Counted from the stretch's first letter, positions 1-10,865 are shown. The stretch: DNA of 64,000 nucleotides from an uncultured Bacteroidales bacterium (GCA_963764475.1 CAVXTE010000001.1:31982-95981); one strand, 5' to 3'. Program-made: numbers and translations. The notes: generated from the letters alone by a model not told the origin.

Positions 1-99
1 TACTACTTTAGCCATTGTGTAATGTTATTTTTATTCCTATAAAATTAATCCAATTAACCGAGGTGTTAACTACATTATTATGAAATGTTAGTGAAAAAT

Positions 100-711
100 T
101 CAAACCAACCGTGAATCCTGTTGGCCAATCAATTCACCGATAAGATTTAAAATTTCCGTTTTCCCTTCACCTGTTTTTGAAGATGTTAAAATTAAAACCG
201 GCAATTCAACCCATTCGGAAGATAACGCCTGTTTATACTGCTGGATACTTGATTTTAACTGTAATTTCGAAATCTTATCGGTCTTTGTAAAAACAATCAC
301 AAATGAAAGTTTTTGTGTTCCAAACCATCGGATAAATTCCAGATCAATTTTTTGCGGTTCGAGCCTCGAATCAATTAAAATAAACGTCATCAACAAATTA
401 GACCGATTCAGAAAGTAGTTTTGGATCAGTTTTTCGATTCTGTTCCGTTCACTTTTTGGGATGCGGGCAAATCCATATCCCGGCAAATCGACAAGGTACC
501 AGCTTTCATTTATTATAAAATGATTGATCAGCCGGGTTTTCCCCGGAGTTCCGGAAATTTTGGCAAGCATTCTCCGTCCAGCGATTCGATTAATAAGTGA
601 TGACTTCCCGACATTCGATCTGCCGATAAACGCAAATTCAGGCAAATCTGGAGAAGGACATTTCCTGTAATCTGAATTGCTCAATACAAACTGGGCGCTT
701 TTAATTTCCAC
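100..711 (-). CDS. engB: ribosome-biogenesis GTPase EngB/YsxC (YihA)
   Basis: 203 aa. P-loop GRSNVGKSSLIN, G3 DLPGYG, G4-like TKTDK. Length is typical of EngB. Confidence 0.9.
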   Translation of the reverse strand: MEIKSAQFVLSNSDYRKCPSPDLPEFAFIGRSNVGKSSLINRIAGRRMLAKISGTPGKTRLINHFIINESWYLVDLPGYGFARIPKSERNRIEKLIQNYFLNRSNLLMTFILIDSRLEPQKIDLEFIRWFGTQKLSFVIVFTKTDKISKLQLKSSIQQYKQALSSEWVELPVLILTSSKTGEGKTEILNLIGELIGQQDSRLV

Positions 712-752
712 AAAAGTTGTTTTTCATTCAGTCGGTTCCAGACTGAACTGAT

Positions 753-1688
753 TTACTGTTCGCCTTTACTATAGGTTGATAAATGCCGGTCTTTTTTATA
801 ATCATAAATATCGGCTATCGTAATGATAATCGCTGTTTCCTCAACATTTCCAAAACTCTTATTAATGGCGGTACCAAATGTTTTCATCGATCCTGAAAGG
901 TTCATATAAGCATTTACAAGAGGAGGGATTTGTTCACCAAACCTTCTTACTTTTTGAGTAAGAATTTTGTAATTTTCATCATAATTAGCTCCTGAAAAAA
1001 AACTGGAAAGTACTTTTTCGCTTGTCTGAATTTTTAATGGTTCTCTAGGCTCAACGAGTCCTTCTGTATCAGGGAAATATTTATGCATAAAAAAAAGGAT
1101 CATGTCTCTTGCCACCGAATCGTAACTTGGGTACATGGTTATTTTGCCGAAAAAATATTTTACCTCAGGATTCTGAATCGTGATAGCGCCAAGTCCGTCC
1201 CACAAATTGTCGAGCGAATACATTCCTTTCCGCAAATTGACAGTCGGCTGATACATGGGCTGTACAAACGATCGGCCCAATTCAAAAGTTAACGGCCAGT
1301 ATTTCTTGATAAATTTATCGGAAAATTTAAATAGTTCCGCAGTGGGTGTATCAGGATGACCGTTTTCATCATTTTTAATATCCTTACCGACAATGTACCT
1401 GTAACCACCTACGATTTCTTTGTCTTCCGGATTCCAGACAATAAGCTGTTTAAAAGGTGTTGATCCGGTATCGAATTCATCAATGTCACAACCTTTGCCC
1501 GTACCACCGGTGGCATCACGGAAGGTAATTTCTCGTAAACGGCCTAATTCACGCATCACATTGGGCGCCTGATCATAGGTAAAAATATATATTTTATTCT
1601 GGCCGTTGTTGGTATCTCTGAAAAATAACTCATCGGTGAGTTCTTTTTCAAGCAGGGTCCTGTCGACCGGTGAAATTACTGTTTCCAT
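753..1688 (-). CDS. GNAT-fold lipid N-acyltransferase (OlsB/GlsB-like, hemolysin-like)
   Basis: 311 aa. Size and sequence character fit the Bacteroidota N-acyl amino acid synthase family. It sits immediately downstream of, and in operon with, an HX4D O-acyltransferase. Confidence 0.6.
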   Translation of the reverse strand: METVISPVDRTLLEKELTDELFFRDTNNGQNKIYIFTYDQAPNVMRELGRLREITFRDATGGTGKGCDIDEFDTGSTPFKQLIVWNPEDKEIVGGYRYIVGKDIKNDENGHPDTPTAELFKFSDKFIKKYWPLTFELGRSFVQPMYQPTVNLRKGMYSLDNLWDGLGAITIQNPEVKYFFGKITMYPSYDSVARDMILFFMHKYFPDTEGLVEPREPLKIQTSEKVLSSFFSGANYDENYKILTQKVRRFGEQIPPLVNAYMNLSGSMKTFGTAINKSFGNVEETAIIITIADIYDYKKDRHLSTYSKGEQ

Positions 1689-1722
1689 AATTTAAGCTTT
1701 AATTTCTTATTAAAATTCAAAG

Positions 1723-2571
1723 TTACGTTTCAAAATCGACGGCATTATCATTTTTAAGTAAATAAACATGCTTTTTAATCCTCCCGGCCCATTCTTTAAA
1801 GGTATGCTTTTTATCAAATGTTTGCCATGGTATTGCCTTACCAACAACAATTTCGATCGTCTTGTTTTTTTGTTTAAACATTTCGTTCGGTAAAAAAAGC
1901 ATTTCGATATTCGATTTAATGTTAAGCATTTTCCGGTAATGAGCAAGGTTGTAAAAAAAATTCGAATTATTACCGTTAATATAAACAGGTATTACAGCTC
2001 TCTTGTATTTGATTGCCTTTGAAATGAAGGTTTTCTTCCATTCCAGATCTTCGATTTTTCCCTTTTGTTTTCGAGAAACAAGCCCGGCCGGAAAATAAAG
2101 GATCATTTTTTCAGAGTCGAAGGTTTTGTGAATGATCTCAAGGTTTTCAGTATTAGTACCATGTTTATTGATAGGAATAAATAATTCTTTCAGATTTGGA
2201 AGAAAAAGCAGGATGTCGTTGACGGGAAACACAATATCTTTTCTGACTTTCCCCATTGCATGCATTAATGCAAGTCCGTCAAGTCCGCCGAGCGGATGAT
2301 TGGAAGCGACGATATACCTGCCTGAAGGTGGAATATTTTCTTCTCCTTTAACTTTTACTATTGCACCGAATTCTCTGATAATAACATCAACAAAATCCAA
2401 TCCGTACAAGTTTTTATCCCGAAAAAGAAATCCATTAATTTCATCCTCATGAATAATTTTCCTCAGATATGAAAAAATAAAACCGGGAATCAATCGTGCT
2501 AGTGCAGGGTTTTTAACTCTGAAAACATTTTCGAGATCGATTGTCCGTTCACTTATCTTAAATTCATCCAT
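1723..2571 (-). CDS. lysophospholipid / 1-acylglycerol-3-phosphate-type O-acyltransferase (GlsA-like)
   Basis: HX4D acyltransferase motif NHPLGGLDG. The ATG at 2571 (MDEFKI...) is preferred over the non-ATG start at 2586 in the ORF track. Confidence 0.65.
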   Translation of the reverse strand: MDEFKISERTIDLENVFRVKNPALARLIPGFIFSYLRKIIHEDEINGFLFRDKNLYGLDFVDVIIREFGAIVKVKGEENIPPSGRYIVASNHPLGGLDGLALMHAMGKVRKDIVFPVNDILLFLPNLKELFIPINKHGTNTENLEIIHKTFDSEKMILYFPAGLVSRKQKGKIEDLEWKKTFISKAIKYKRAVIPVYINGNNSNFFYNLAHYRKMLNIKSNIEMLFLPNEMFKQKNKTIEIVVGKAIPWQTFDKKHTFKEWAGRIKKHVYLLKNDNAVDFET

Positions 2572-2595
2572 TTGCCGTGCTGTCAAATTTTAAGG

Positions 2596-2603
2596 CAAAA
2601 TTA
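2596..2603 (-). promoter_or_regulatory. Bacteroidota -7 box TAatTTTG for the acyltransferase operon
   Basis: Exact TAnnTTTG on the minus strand, about 24 nt upstream of the ATG at 2571. Confidence 0.4.
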
Positions 2604-2781
2604 ATCGAATAAAATAAATTCAAGGTTAAACACAAATAATGTACAGGTTAGAAACCTCCCTTAATACCCCCCACATTATGCCGGATTAGCCTGATCCCTT
2701 TGTCCAGCCCACACTTACGAATAAAAAATAATTGAACCCTGAGGTAACATTTGAATAAAAAGGGAGTTATTATATTCTTCG

Positions 2782-2827
2782 GTGGAATTAAATGGGAAAA
2801 CTTATCAACAAAGTGGATTTTTGTGGG
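2782..2827 (+). promoter_or_regulatory. phased GTGG/TGGG direct repeats upstream of mraZ (candidate MraZ operator)
   Basis: TGG cores at 2783, 2793, 2814 and 2824, in 10-11 bp phasing. They lie 40-85 nt upstream of the mraZ ATG. Confidence 0.35.
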
Positions 2828-2865
2828 AAAATTATTATACATTTACAGCTTGAATTTTTTGATCC

Positions 2866-3327
2866 ATGACGCTTCTTACATATACATACGAGTGCAAGGC
2901 TGATTCCAAGGGAAGGGTGATGCTTCCCGGTGGTTTAAAGAAAGAACTTACACCTGTATTAAATGACGGTTTTGTTATTAAAAAGAGTGTTTTCAACGAA
3001 TGCCTTGAGCTTTTTCCGAAAGCTGAATGGGATATCGAAATGATCGAAATCAACAAACTGAACAGGTACATTGAAGAAAATTTACAGTTTATACGGAAAT
3101 TTTTAGCCGGGGTAAAACCTGTCGAACTCGATAACAATGCACGTCTGCTTATTCCTAAGGATCTGATTTCGTATGCTAAAATTGAAAAAGACATTGTGCT
3201 GACTGCACAAGTAAATAAAATAGAGATTTGGGACAAAGCAACTTATTATAAAGCTATAAATGACGATTCGGTCGATTTCAAAAAGTTGACTGAAAAAGTG
3301 ATGGGTGGAGCAAATAAAACCGAATAA
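2866..3327 (+). CDS. mraZ: transcriptional regulator MraZ
   Basis: 153 aa. Contains the DSKGRVMLP SpoVT/AbrB-like motif. First gene of the dcw cluster. Confidence 0.9.
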   Translation: MTLLTYTYECKADSKGRVMLPGGLKKELTPVLNDGFVIKKSVFNECLELFPKAEWDIEMIEINKLNRYIEENLQFIRKFLAGVKPVELDNNARLLIPKDLISYAKIEKDIVLTAQVNKIEIWDKATYYKAINDDSVDFKKLTEKVMGGANKTE

Positions 3328-4222
3328 TGATGTACCACAATCCGGTTTTACTGAAAGAGAGCATTGACGGATTAAACATTACAAAAAGCGGCATCTACAT
3401 CGATGCGACATACGGCGGCGGCGGACATTCAAAAGAAATTTTAAACCATTTAGTTGACGGTTCTTTGATAGCATTCGACCAGGATCAGGATGCAATGAAA
3501 AACAAAATCGATGATGAAAGGCTTGTATTGATCAACCAGAATTTCAGGTTCATGCACAACTTCCTGAAACTTTACAGGGCTATTCCTGTCAATGGAATAC
3601 TAGCAGATCTGGGTGTTTCGTCCTTTCAGATCGATGAAGCCTATCGGGGTTTTTCATTCCGGTTCAACAGTGAACTGGATTTGCGGATGAACCAAAAAAA
3701 AGTCTGACGGCAAGGCAAATTGTAAACGATTACCCGGTCAGAAAATTGAAGGAAATATTTCGTGCTTTCGGAGAACTAAACAATGCAGGCAGGGTGGCAG
3801 AACACATAGAAAATGCCCGCACCAAAGAAGAAATAAAGACTACAGATCAATTAATAAATGCAACGAAAGGTTGTACGCCTAAAGGGACAGAAAATAAGTT
3901 TTATGCAAAATTGTTCCAGGCGCTCAGAATAGAGGTGAATGATGAACTGGATGCGTTGAAAGATTTGTTGAGTCAATCGGCTGAGATACTGAAACCGGGC
4001 GGGCGGTTAGTAATCATCTCTTATCATTCGCTGGAAGACAGGCTGGTAAAAAACTTCATGAAAGCCGGAAATTTTGAAGGAGAGGTTGAAACCGACTTTT
4101 ATGGCAAGCCAAAAACAATTTTTAAACTGATCACAAAAAAACCAGTGGTGCCGGGAGATGAAGAAATAAAGGCGAACAGCCGGGCACGCAGTGCAAAAAT
4201 GAGAATAGCAGAAAAAGTATGA
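3327..4222 (+). pseudogene. rsmH: 16S rRNA (cytosine1402-N4)-methyltransferase RsmH, reading frame broken at an A8 run
   Basis: The N-terminal ORF 3327-3707 has the SAM-binding YIDATYGGGGHS motif. The C-terminal part continues in another frame from 3701 (SLTARQIVNDYPVRKLKEIFRAFGEL...) to 4222. The two halves join if the A8 run at 3694-3701 were A9. Confidence 0.85.
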
Positions 4223-4569
4223 GAGACGACGGAACTAATAAAAAACGAAAAGGAAATACGGCTACAAAAGGAATTCAGAGTATCCTGGGCGGTTATTTTC
4301 TAGTTCGTGAGGGTACAACAAAACACCTTCCGTTTCTTTTGTTTGTGGCATTTCTGGCTGTGATCTATATCGGTAATTCCTATTATGCCGAAAAAATCAC
4401 ACGTCAAAACGAAGATTTACAAAAAGATTTAAAGGAATTAAAATTTGAATATATCAATACAAAATCGAAACTCATGCAACGAAGCAGGCAATCGGAAATA
4501 GCTAAAAGTCTGGCGGGAAGAGGGATAAAAGAGTCAACCATCCCGCCTAAAAAATTATATATAAAATAA
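4219..4569 (+). CDS. ftsL: FtsL-like cell division protein
   Basis: 116 aa with one TM segment followed by a charged coiled-coil-like region. It overlaps the rsmH stop by ATGA and sits between rsmH and ftsI. Confidence 0.6.
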   Translation: MRDDGTNKKRKGNTATKGIQSILGGYFLVREGTTKHLPFLLFVAFLAVIYIGNSYYAEKITRQNEDLQKDLKELKFEYINTKSKLMQRSRQSEIAKSLAGRGIKESTIPPKKLYIK

Positions 4570-4577
4570 ATCCTGAA

Positions 4578-6683
4578 ATGAAAAATGTAAAGACCGACAT
4601 ATTGTGGAGGGTATACCTCATTTATATGCTGATGCTGGTATTTGGTCTTGTCATTATTGTCAAAGTCGTATACATCCAGCTTATTCAGGGGAGCGATCTA
4701 ATGCTCAAGTCGCAAAAGCAAACACTTCAGTATTTTAATGTAGAAGCAGTACGGGGTAATATTTGTGCCGAAGACGGAAGTCTGCTTGCCACCTCGGTAC
4801 CGATATTCGACCTTCGGATGGACGCAGCCTCACCGAATATCTCATCAACGTATTTCAGGAATCATGTTGGTGAACTTGCGCAAAAATTATCGGGGCTTTT
4901 TGGCGACAAATCTGCTACGCAATACAAAAATAACCTTATTCGTGCACGCAAAGAAGGCAACCGCTACTACCTGGTCAGAAGAAATGTGGATTATGAACAA
5001 CTCAAAAAAGTTCGGGAATACCCGATTTTCGACAGAGGCAAAAACAAAGGTGGATTGATCACAGTCCCGAAAACCATCAGGCAAAAACCATTCGGTATGT
5101 TAGCCGAAAGAACGATAGGTTACGTTAAAGATACTCTTTTTGTAGGTGTTGAAGGTGCTTTCAGGCATTCGCTGGGAGGCATAAACGGTAAACAGCTGAT
5201 GCGGAAGATTAACAATGGTGACTGGATGCCCGTTTATGATGAAGATGCAGTTGATCCCGAAGACGGTGCAGATGTGATAACAACTATCAACCTGAATGAC
5301 CAGGATATCGCAGAAGCAACACTTTATAAACATTTGGTTGAAAATAATGCTGAATGGGGCTGTGCTGTAATCATGGAAGTAAAAACCGGTCAGATCAAAG
5401 CGATAGCAAACCTTACGAGAGACGAAGAAACAGGAACCTATGGGGAAGACTATAACTATGCCGTAGGAACCCGGATCGAACCCGGATCGACCTTTAAATT
5501 ACCGTCCCTGATCGCATTATTTGAGGACGGCCTCGATAATCTTGAAGATACTGTGGATATCGGCAAAGGATATGTTGTTTTTTCGGGATTAACGATAAGA
5601 GACATTCATCCCATCCGTGATGGCAGGGTATCCATAAAGGAAATATTCGAAAAGTCCTCAAATGTCGGTGTTTCAACGCTTATTTATAACAAATATTCGG
5701 GCGATCCTCAAAAATACATTGACCACCTGTATGGTATGTCGCTGAACCTAAAAGATGGTATTGATATTCCGGGTGAAGCTGAACCATATATTAAAAATAC
5801 CAAAGACCCCTCCTGGTCGAAAGTATCCTTACCGTTTATGTCGATCGGCTATGAGCTTAAAATTACTCCGTTGCAGTTGCTGACTTTTTATAACGCAGTA
5901 GCGAATGATGGTGTGATGGTAAAACCCATGTTCGTGAAGGAGATTCGTGAAGGCGGCCGGAGTGTGGAAAAATTTGACCGTGAAATTATAAATCGTTCGA
6001 TTTGCTCGAAATCTTCGATCAAAAAAGCACATGAGATTCTCGAAGGTGTCGTAACCGACGGAACGGCTGAGATACTGAAAAATTCAGCTTACAAAATTGC
6101 TGGCAAAACCGGAACTGCACAAATTGCTTCCCGGAACAAAGGATATAACAAAGTAAATTACAATGCCTCATTTGTAGGATATTTCCCTGCTGACGATCCG
6201 AAATATTCAATTATCATCGTTATCAGCAATCCCTCATCCGGCAGATATTACGCCAGTTCGGTAGCTGTGCCTGCATTTAAAGAAATCGCTGATAAGGTTT
6301 ATGCCACGAACCTCGGAATACAAAAAAATGAGAAATCTGAACAAGAAAGTAATTCGATCTATCCTGCCTATGTCGCAGGCTACCAGGAGGATTTTACCCG
6401 GATTTATGAATCGCTCGATATTCCGGTTGAATCATCAAGCACCAAATCCGAATGGGCGTATGTTTCGCGGCCTGACAGCACCATCAGGTTTGATGCACGG
6501 ATCATTCGTGAGGGTCAGGTACCGAATGTCAGAGGAATGGGAGCAAAAGATGCGATTTATGTGCTTGAAAACCTTGGGCTGAAAGTAATTATAAACGGAA
6601 GAGGACACGTGAAAGAACAATCCATTCCCCCGGGATCAGCTTTGGTGAAGGGAAGTCAGATATCATTACGACTGGCAGTTTAA
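4578..6683 (+). CDS. ftsI: class B penicillin-binding protein (PBP3/FtsI transpeptidase)
   Basis: 701 aa. N-terminal TM segment plus the STFK, SSN and KTGT motifs. dcw position. Confidence 0.9.
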   Translation: MKNVKTDILWRVYLIYMLMLVFGLVIIVKVVYIQLIQGSDLMLKSQKQTLQYFNVEAVRGNICAEDGSLLATSVPIFDLRMDAASPNISSTYFRNHVGELAQKLSGLFGDKSATQYKNNLIRARKEGNRYYLVRRNVDYEQLKKVREYPIFDRGKNKGGLITVPKTIRQKPFGMLAERTIGYVKDTLFVGVEGAFRHSLGGINGKQLMRKINNGDWMPVYDEDAVDPEDGADVITTINLNDQDIAEATLYKHLVENNAEWGCAVIMEVKTGQIKAIANLTRDEETGTYGEDYNYAVGTRIEPGSTFKLPSLIALFEDGLDNLEDTVDIGKGYVVFSGLTIRDIHPIRDGRVSIKEIFEKSSNVGVSTLIYNKYSGDPQKYIDHLYGMSLNLKDGIDIPGEAEPYIKNTKDPSWSKVSLPFMSIGYELKITPLQLLTFYNAVANDGVMVKPMFVKEIREGGRSVEKFDREIINRSICSKSSIKKAHEILEGVVTDGTAEILKNSAYKIAGKTGTAQIASRNKGYNKVNYNASFVGYFPADDPKYSIIIVISNPSSGRYYASSVAVPAFKEIADKVYATNLGIQKNEKSEQESNSIYPAYVAGYQEDFTRIYESLDIPVESSSTKSEWAYVSRPDSTIRFDARIIREGQVPNVRGMGAKDAIYVLENLGLKVIINGRGHVKEQSIPPGSALVKGSQISLRLAV

Positions 6684-6705
6684 AAAAAGAGCAACAGAAA
6701 ATTAA

Positions 6706-8175
6706 TTGAAAATAACGAACGACATATCAAGACAATTAGGTATTAAAAAAGTCATCGGGGATGCCGGGACCGAATTCAATTTTGTAGAATTTGATTCGCG
6801 CAAAGTAAAACGGGGGTCACTCTTTGTTGCCGTAAAAGGCACACAGACTGATGGCCACAAATTCATTGGAAATGCTATCGGATCAGGTGCCAGTGTTGTT
6901 GTCTGCGAATTTCTGCCTGAAAAATTATCTGAAGACGTCACATATATCCAGGTGACAAACAGCAGCATTGCCCTGGGTATTTTGGCTTCATACTATTATG
7001 ATAATCCATCTGCTAAGCTTAAACTCGTTGGTATTACAGGTACCAATGGAAAAACTACAGTTGCGACTCTTTTGGCCGATATTTTTCAGAAGATAGGCCA
7101 CCCGTCAGGGCTTTTATCTACGGTAAGAAATAAAATTGAAGACAAAGTAGTAAGCGCCAGCCATACTACTCCGGATCCGCTTCAGCTCAACTGGCTCCTC
7201 AACCAAATGGTTCAGGCTGGTTGTTCGCATTGTTTTATAGAAGTCAGTTCGCATGCCATTAACCAAAACCGCATCGCCGGATTGAATTTTACAGGAGGTG
7301 TTTTTACGAATATTACACACGACCACCTCGATTATCACGGAACTTTTAACAATTACATAAACGTAAAAAAGAAATTTTTTGATGAACTGCCTGAAAATGC
7401 ATTTGCCTTAACGAATACCGATGACAGGAACGGCCTTGTTATGCTTCAGAATACGAAAGCTCTCAAAAAAACTTACAGTTTGAAGGGCGATACCGACTTC
7501 AAATGCAGGATCAAAGAAAATCAGTTCGAAGGCCTTCAACTCGAAATAGATGGTCAGGAAATCTGGACCAAACTCATCGGTAGTTTCAATGCGTACAATC
7601 TGCTGGCGGTATATGCTGCGGCTGTTTTACTGGGTGAAAACAAGGAAGAAATACTGACAGCCCTGAGTGATGTTGATGCTGTGGAAGGCCGGTTCGAATA
7701 CATCCGGTCGCAAAACAATATAACCGGTATTGTGGATTACGCTCATACGCCCGATGCATTAAAGAATGTATTGGAAACCATTGCTGCAATCCGAACCCGA
7801 AATGAAACGCTTATTACAATTGTCGGTGCCGGCGGAGACAGGGATAAGCTGAAGCGTCCGCTGATGGCTCAAATCGCTTGTTTGAAAAGCGACAAAGTCA
7901 TCCTGACCTCGGATAATCCGCGATCTGAAGATCCGGAAGAGATTATCCGGGAGATGCAAACCGGTATCGAGGCGCAATATTCGGGCAAGGTGATGGCGAT
8001 TGTAAACCGCAAGGAAGCCATAAAAACAGCTTGTTCATTCGCCAAACATGGGGATATTATTCTGGTTGCAGGCAAAGGTCATGAAAAATACCAGGAAATC
8101 AAGGGGGTGAAACATCCTTTTGATGACAAGGAAATATTGAAGGAATTTCTGCTGACGAATATCAATAACAATTAA
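6706..8175 (+). CDS. murE: UDP-N-acetylmuramoyl-L-alanyl-D-glutamate--2,6-diaminopimelate ligase
   Basis: 489 aa. [10 protein letters not shown]-loop and the DNPR motif typical of meso-DAP-adding MurE. TTG start. Confidence 0.92.
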   Translation: MKITNDISRQLGIKKVIGDAGTEFNFVEFDSRKVKRGSLFVAVKGTQTDGHKFIGNAIGSGASVVVCEFLPEKLSEDVTYIQVTNSSIALGILASYYYDNPSAKLKLVGITGTNGKTTVATLLADIFQKIGHPSGLLSTVRNKIEDKVVSASHTTPDPLQLNWLLNQMVQAGCSHCFIEVSSHAINQNRIAGLNFTGGVFTNITHDHLDYHGTFNNYINVKKKFFDELPENAFALTNTDDRNGLVMLQNTKALKKTYSLKGDTDFKCRIKENQFEGLQLEIDGQEIWTKLIGSFNAYNLLAVYAAAVLLGENKEEILTALSDVDAVEGRFEYIRSQNNITGIVDYAHTPDALKNVLETIAAIRTRNETLITIVGAGGDRDKLKRPLMAQIACLKSDKVILTSDNPRSEDPEEIIREMQTGIEAQYSGKVMAIVNRKEAIKTACSFAKHGDIILVAGKGHEKYQEIKGVKHPFDDKEILKEFLLTNINNN

Positions 8176-8176
8176 A

Positions 8177-9430
8177 ATGTTTTATTACCTCTTTACATAT
8201 CTTGATAAGACTTTTAATATTCCGGGAGCCGGTGTATTTCAATACATCTCCTTCAGGGCAGGAGCTGCGATTATAACTTCCCTTGTTATTTCGCTGATAT
8301 TTGGTAAAAGTCTTATCCGGATTTTGGTAAAAAAACAAGTCGGCGAAACTATCCGCGATCTGGGTCTGGACGGTCAAAAGGAAAAACAAGGAACGCCCAC
8401 GATGGGTGGACTTATCATTCTGGGTGCTGTGCTCATCCCGACAATACTTTTTGCCAAACTTGATAACATTTACATCATCCTGATGCTGTTTACAACAATC
8501 TGGCTGGGACTCATTGGATTTTTAGATGATTATATCAAGGTTTTCAAAAAAAATAAAAAAGGACTTGCCGGGAAATTTAAACTCTATGGACAGATCGTGC
8601 TTGGACTGGTTGTCGGACTAACAATGTATTTTAATGATGGTGTGGTTATCAGGGAAAAGATCAGCACTGAAAAACTGATCAAAACAGCAGAAAATGGTGA
8701 GGTGGTCGCCATCAGCAATCCGTCACAAAAGTTCGCTAAAGAGTTGGTGAAATCGACCAAAACGACCATTCCTTTTTTTAAGAATAATGAGGCTGATTAT
8801 GCTAAATTGCTGGCATTTTTGGGTGAAGGCTATGAGAAATGGGCTTTTCTGGTTTTCATCCCGATCGTGATCTTCATCATTGCAGCAGTTTCAAATGGTG
8901 CAAACCTTACCGATGGTATCGATGGCCTTGCAACGGGCACTTCTGCCATTATCGGTTCTACACTGGCAATTCTTGCCTGGGTATCGGGTAACATCATCTT
9001 TGCCGATTATCTGAACATTATGTACCTGCCGAATACAGGCGAACTTACAATTTTTATCAGTGCCTTTGTCGGAGCCTGCATCGGATTTTTATGGTATAAT
9101 TCTTACCCGGCTCAGGTATTTATGGGCGATACGGGCAGCCTTGCTATCGGAGGGATTATAGCAGTTTTCGCTATCCTGATCCGCAAAGAATTTCTTATCC
9201 CGGTATTGTGTGGAATTTTCTTAGCCGAAAGCATGTCAGTCATCATGCAGGTAGCTTATTTTAAATATACTAAACAAAAATTCGGAACAGGACGAAGGAT
9301 ATTTAAAATGTCGCCGTTGCACCATCATTTTCAGATTATGGGTTATGCTGAACCCAAAATCGTGTTGCGGTTCATGATCGTAGGGATCATGCTTGCAGTA
9401 GTAACAATTATTACATTAAAACTCAGATAA
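8177..9430 (+). CDS. mraY: phospho-N-acetylmuramoyl-pentapeptide transferase
   Basis: 417 aa polytopic membrane protein with the [10 protein letters not shown] motif. dcw position. Confidence 0.92.
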   Translation: MFYYLFTYLDKTFNIPGAGVFQYISFRAGAAIITSLVISLIFGKSLIRILVKKQVGETIRDLGLDGQKEKQGTPTMGGLIILGAVLIPTILFAKLDNIYIILMLFTTIWLGLIGFLDDYIKVFKKNKKGLAGKFKLYGQIVLGLVVGLTMYFNDGVVIREKISTEKLIKTAENGEVVAISNPSQKFAKELVKSTKTTIPFFKNNEADYAKLLAFLGEGYEKWAFLVFIPIVIFIIAAVSNGANLTDGIDGLATGTSAIIGSTLAILAWVSGNIIFADYLNIMYLPNTGELTIFISAFVGACIGFLWYNSYPAQVFMGDTGSLAIGGIIAVFAILIRKEFLIPVLCGIFLAESMSVIMQVAYFKYTKQKFGTGRRIFKMSPLHHHFQIMGYAEPKIVLRFMIVGIMLAVVTIITLKLR

Positions 9431-9436
9431 TGAATT

Positions 9437-10777
9437 TTGAAAAAGAAAATTGTCATACTGGGTTCTGGCGAAAGCGGTGCAGGTTCTGCTGTTTTGGCAA
9501 AGAAAAATGGATTTGAGGTTTTTGTTTCGGATGCAGGAAAAATAAAGGAAAAATACAAGAACGTTCTTTCACAGTTTGAAATAAATTTCGAGGAAGGAAA
9601 ACACACGGAAGCACTTATTCTCGATGCGGTTGAAGTTATCAAAAGTCCAGGTATTCCAGAAAAAGCAGAAATAGTAGCTAAAATCATTAAAGCAGGAATC
9701 CCTGTAATTTCAGAAATTGAATTTGCCGGTCGGTTTACTTCGGCAAAAACAATTTGCATTACGGGCAGTAATGGTAAAACGACCACAACTTTGCTTACTT
9801 ATCATATCCTGAAAAAAGCCGGCATGAATGTGGGGCTTGCGGGAAATGTCGGCAAAAGTTTTGCTTTGCAGGTTGCTGAAAATGAATTCGACTATTATGT
9901 TCTGGAAATAAGCAGCTTTCAGTTGGACGGTATGTACCGTTTCAATCCCGACGTCGCTATATTGCTAAACATTACACCCGATCATCTCGACCGTTACAAT
10001 AATAATTTTCAGCAATACGTCGATTCCAAGTTCAGGATCATAAAGAACCAGACAGAAAAGGATTGCTTTATCTACTGGGCAGATGATACGGTGATTATGA
10101 ATGAAATTGCAAAACGGTCCGTTCTCCCGAAAAAGTTTCCTTTCTCAATCAAGCAAAATATAACTGGAAATGGTGCCTGCCTGACAGGCGAAAATATAGT
10201 GATCAATGTAAATTCAAATACTTTTAATATGACATTAGAAAATTTAGCATTACAGGGCAAGCACAACATCTTTAATTCGATGGCGGCTGGCATTGCCTCC
10301 CGGATTCTCGACATCAAAAAGGACATCATCAAAGAAAGTCTTTCAGACTTTCAGAATGTTGAGCACCGGCTGGAATATGTGGCACGCGTACACGGTGTTG
10401 ATTTCATCAACGATTCCAAAGCAACCAACGTGAATTCGACCTGGTATGCCCTTGAAACCATGAATAGCCCGGTTATCTGGATCGCAGGTGGTATTGACAA
10501 AGGAAACGATTATACCATTTTGAAACACCTGATTCGCAATAAAGTCAAGGCACTTATTTGCCTTGGAAAGGATAACCAAAAGCTAATAGAAGCCTTTAAA
10601 GATGTTGTCCCGCTTATGGTGGAAACCACTACTATGGATGAAGCAGTTAAATATGCAATTGCTCTTGGTAAGATCGATGATACGGTCCTGCTTTCACCTG
10701 CATGTGCCAGTTTCGATCTGTTTGAAAACTTTGAGGAAAGAGGGAATATGTTTAAGGAAGCTGTCGGCAGGTTATAG
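9437..10777 (+). CDS. murD: UDP-N-acetylmuramoylalanine--D-glutamate ligase
   Basis: 446 aa. ITGSNGKTTT P-loop and an N-terminal Rossmann GSGESG motif. TTG start. Confidence 0.9.
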   Translation: MKKKIVILGSGESGAGSAVLAKKNGFEVFVSDAGKIKEKYKNVLSQFEINFEEGKHTEALILDAVEVIKSPGIPEKAEIVAKIIKAGIPVISEIEFAGRFTSAKTICITGSNGKTTTTLLTYHILKKAGMNVGLAGNVGKSFALQVAENEFDYYVLEISSFQLDGMYRFNPDVAILLNITPDHLDRYNNNFQQYVDSKFRIIKNQTEKDCFIYWADDTVIMNEIAKRSVLPKKFPFSIKQNITGNGACLTGENIVINVNSNTFNMTLENLALQGKHNIFNSMAAGIASRILDIKKDIIKESLSDFQNVEHRLEYVARVHGVDFINDSKATNVNSTWYALETMNSPVIWIAGGIDKGNDYTILKHLIRNKVKALICLGKDNQKLIEAFKDVVPLMVETTTMDEAVKYAIALGKIDDTVLLSPACASFDLFENFEERGNMFKEAVGRL

Positions 10778-10865
10778 CCGGATTTTAGGCTCTGTATAAA
10801 ACGATTCTAATGTCAAAAAAACTACAATGCAACTCTGATTGGGATGAATTCAAAAAAACAACACG

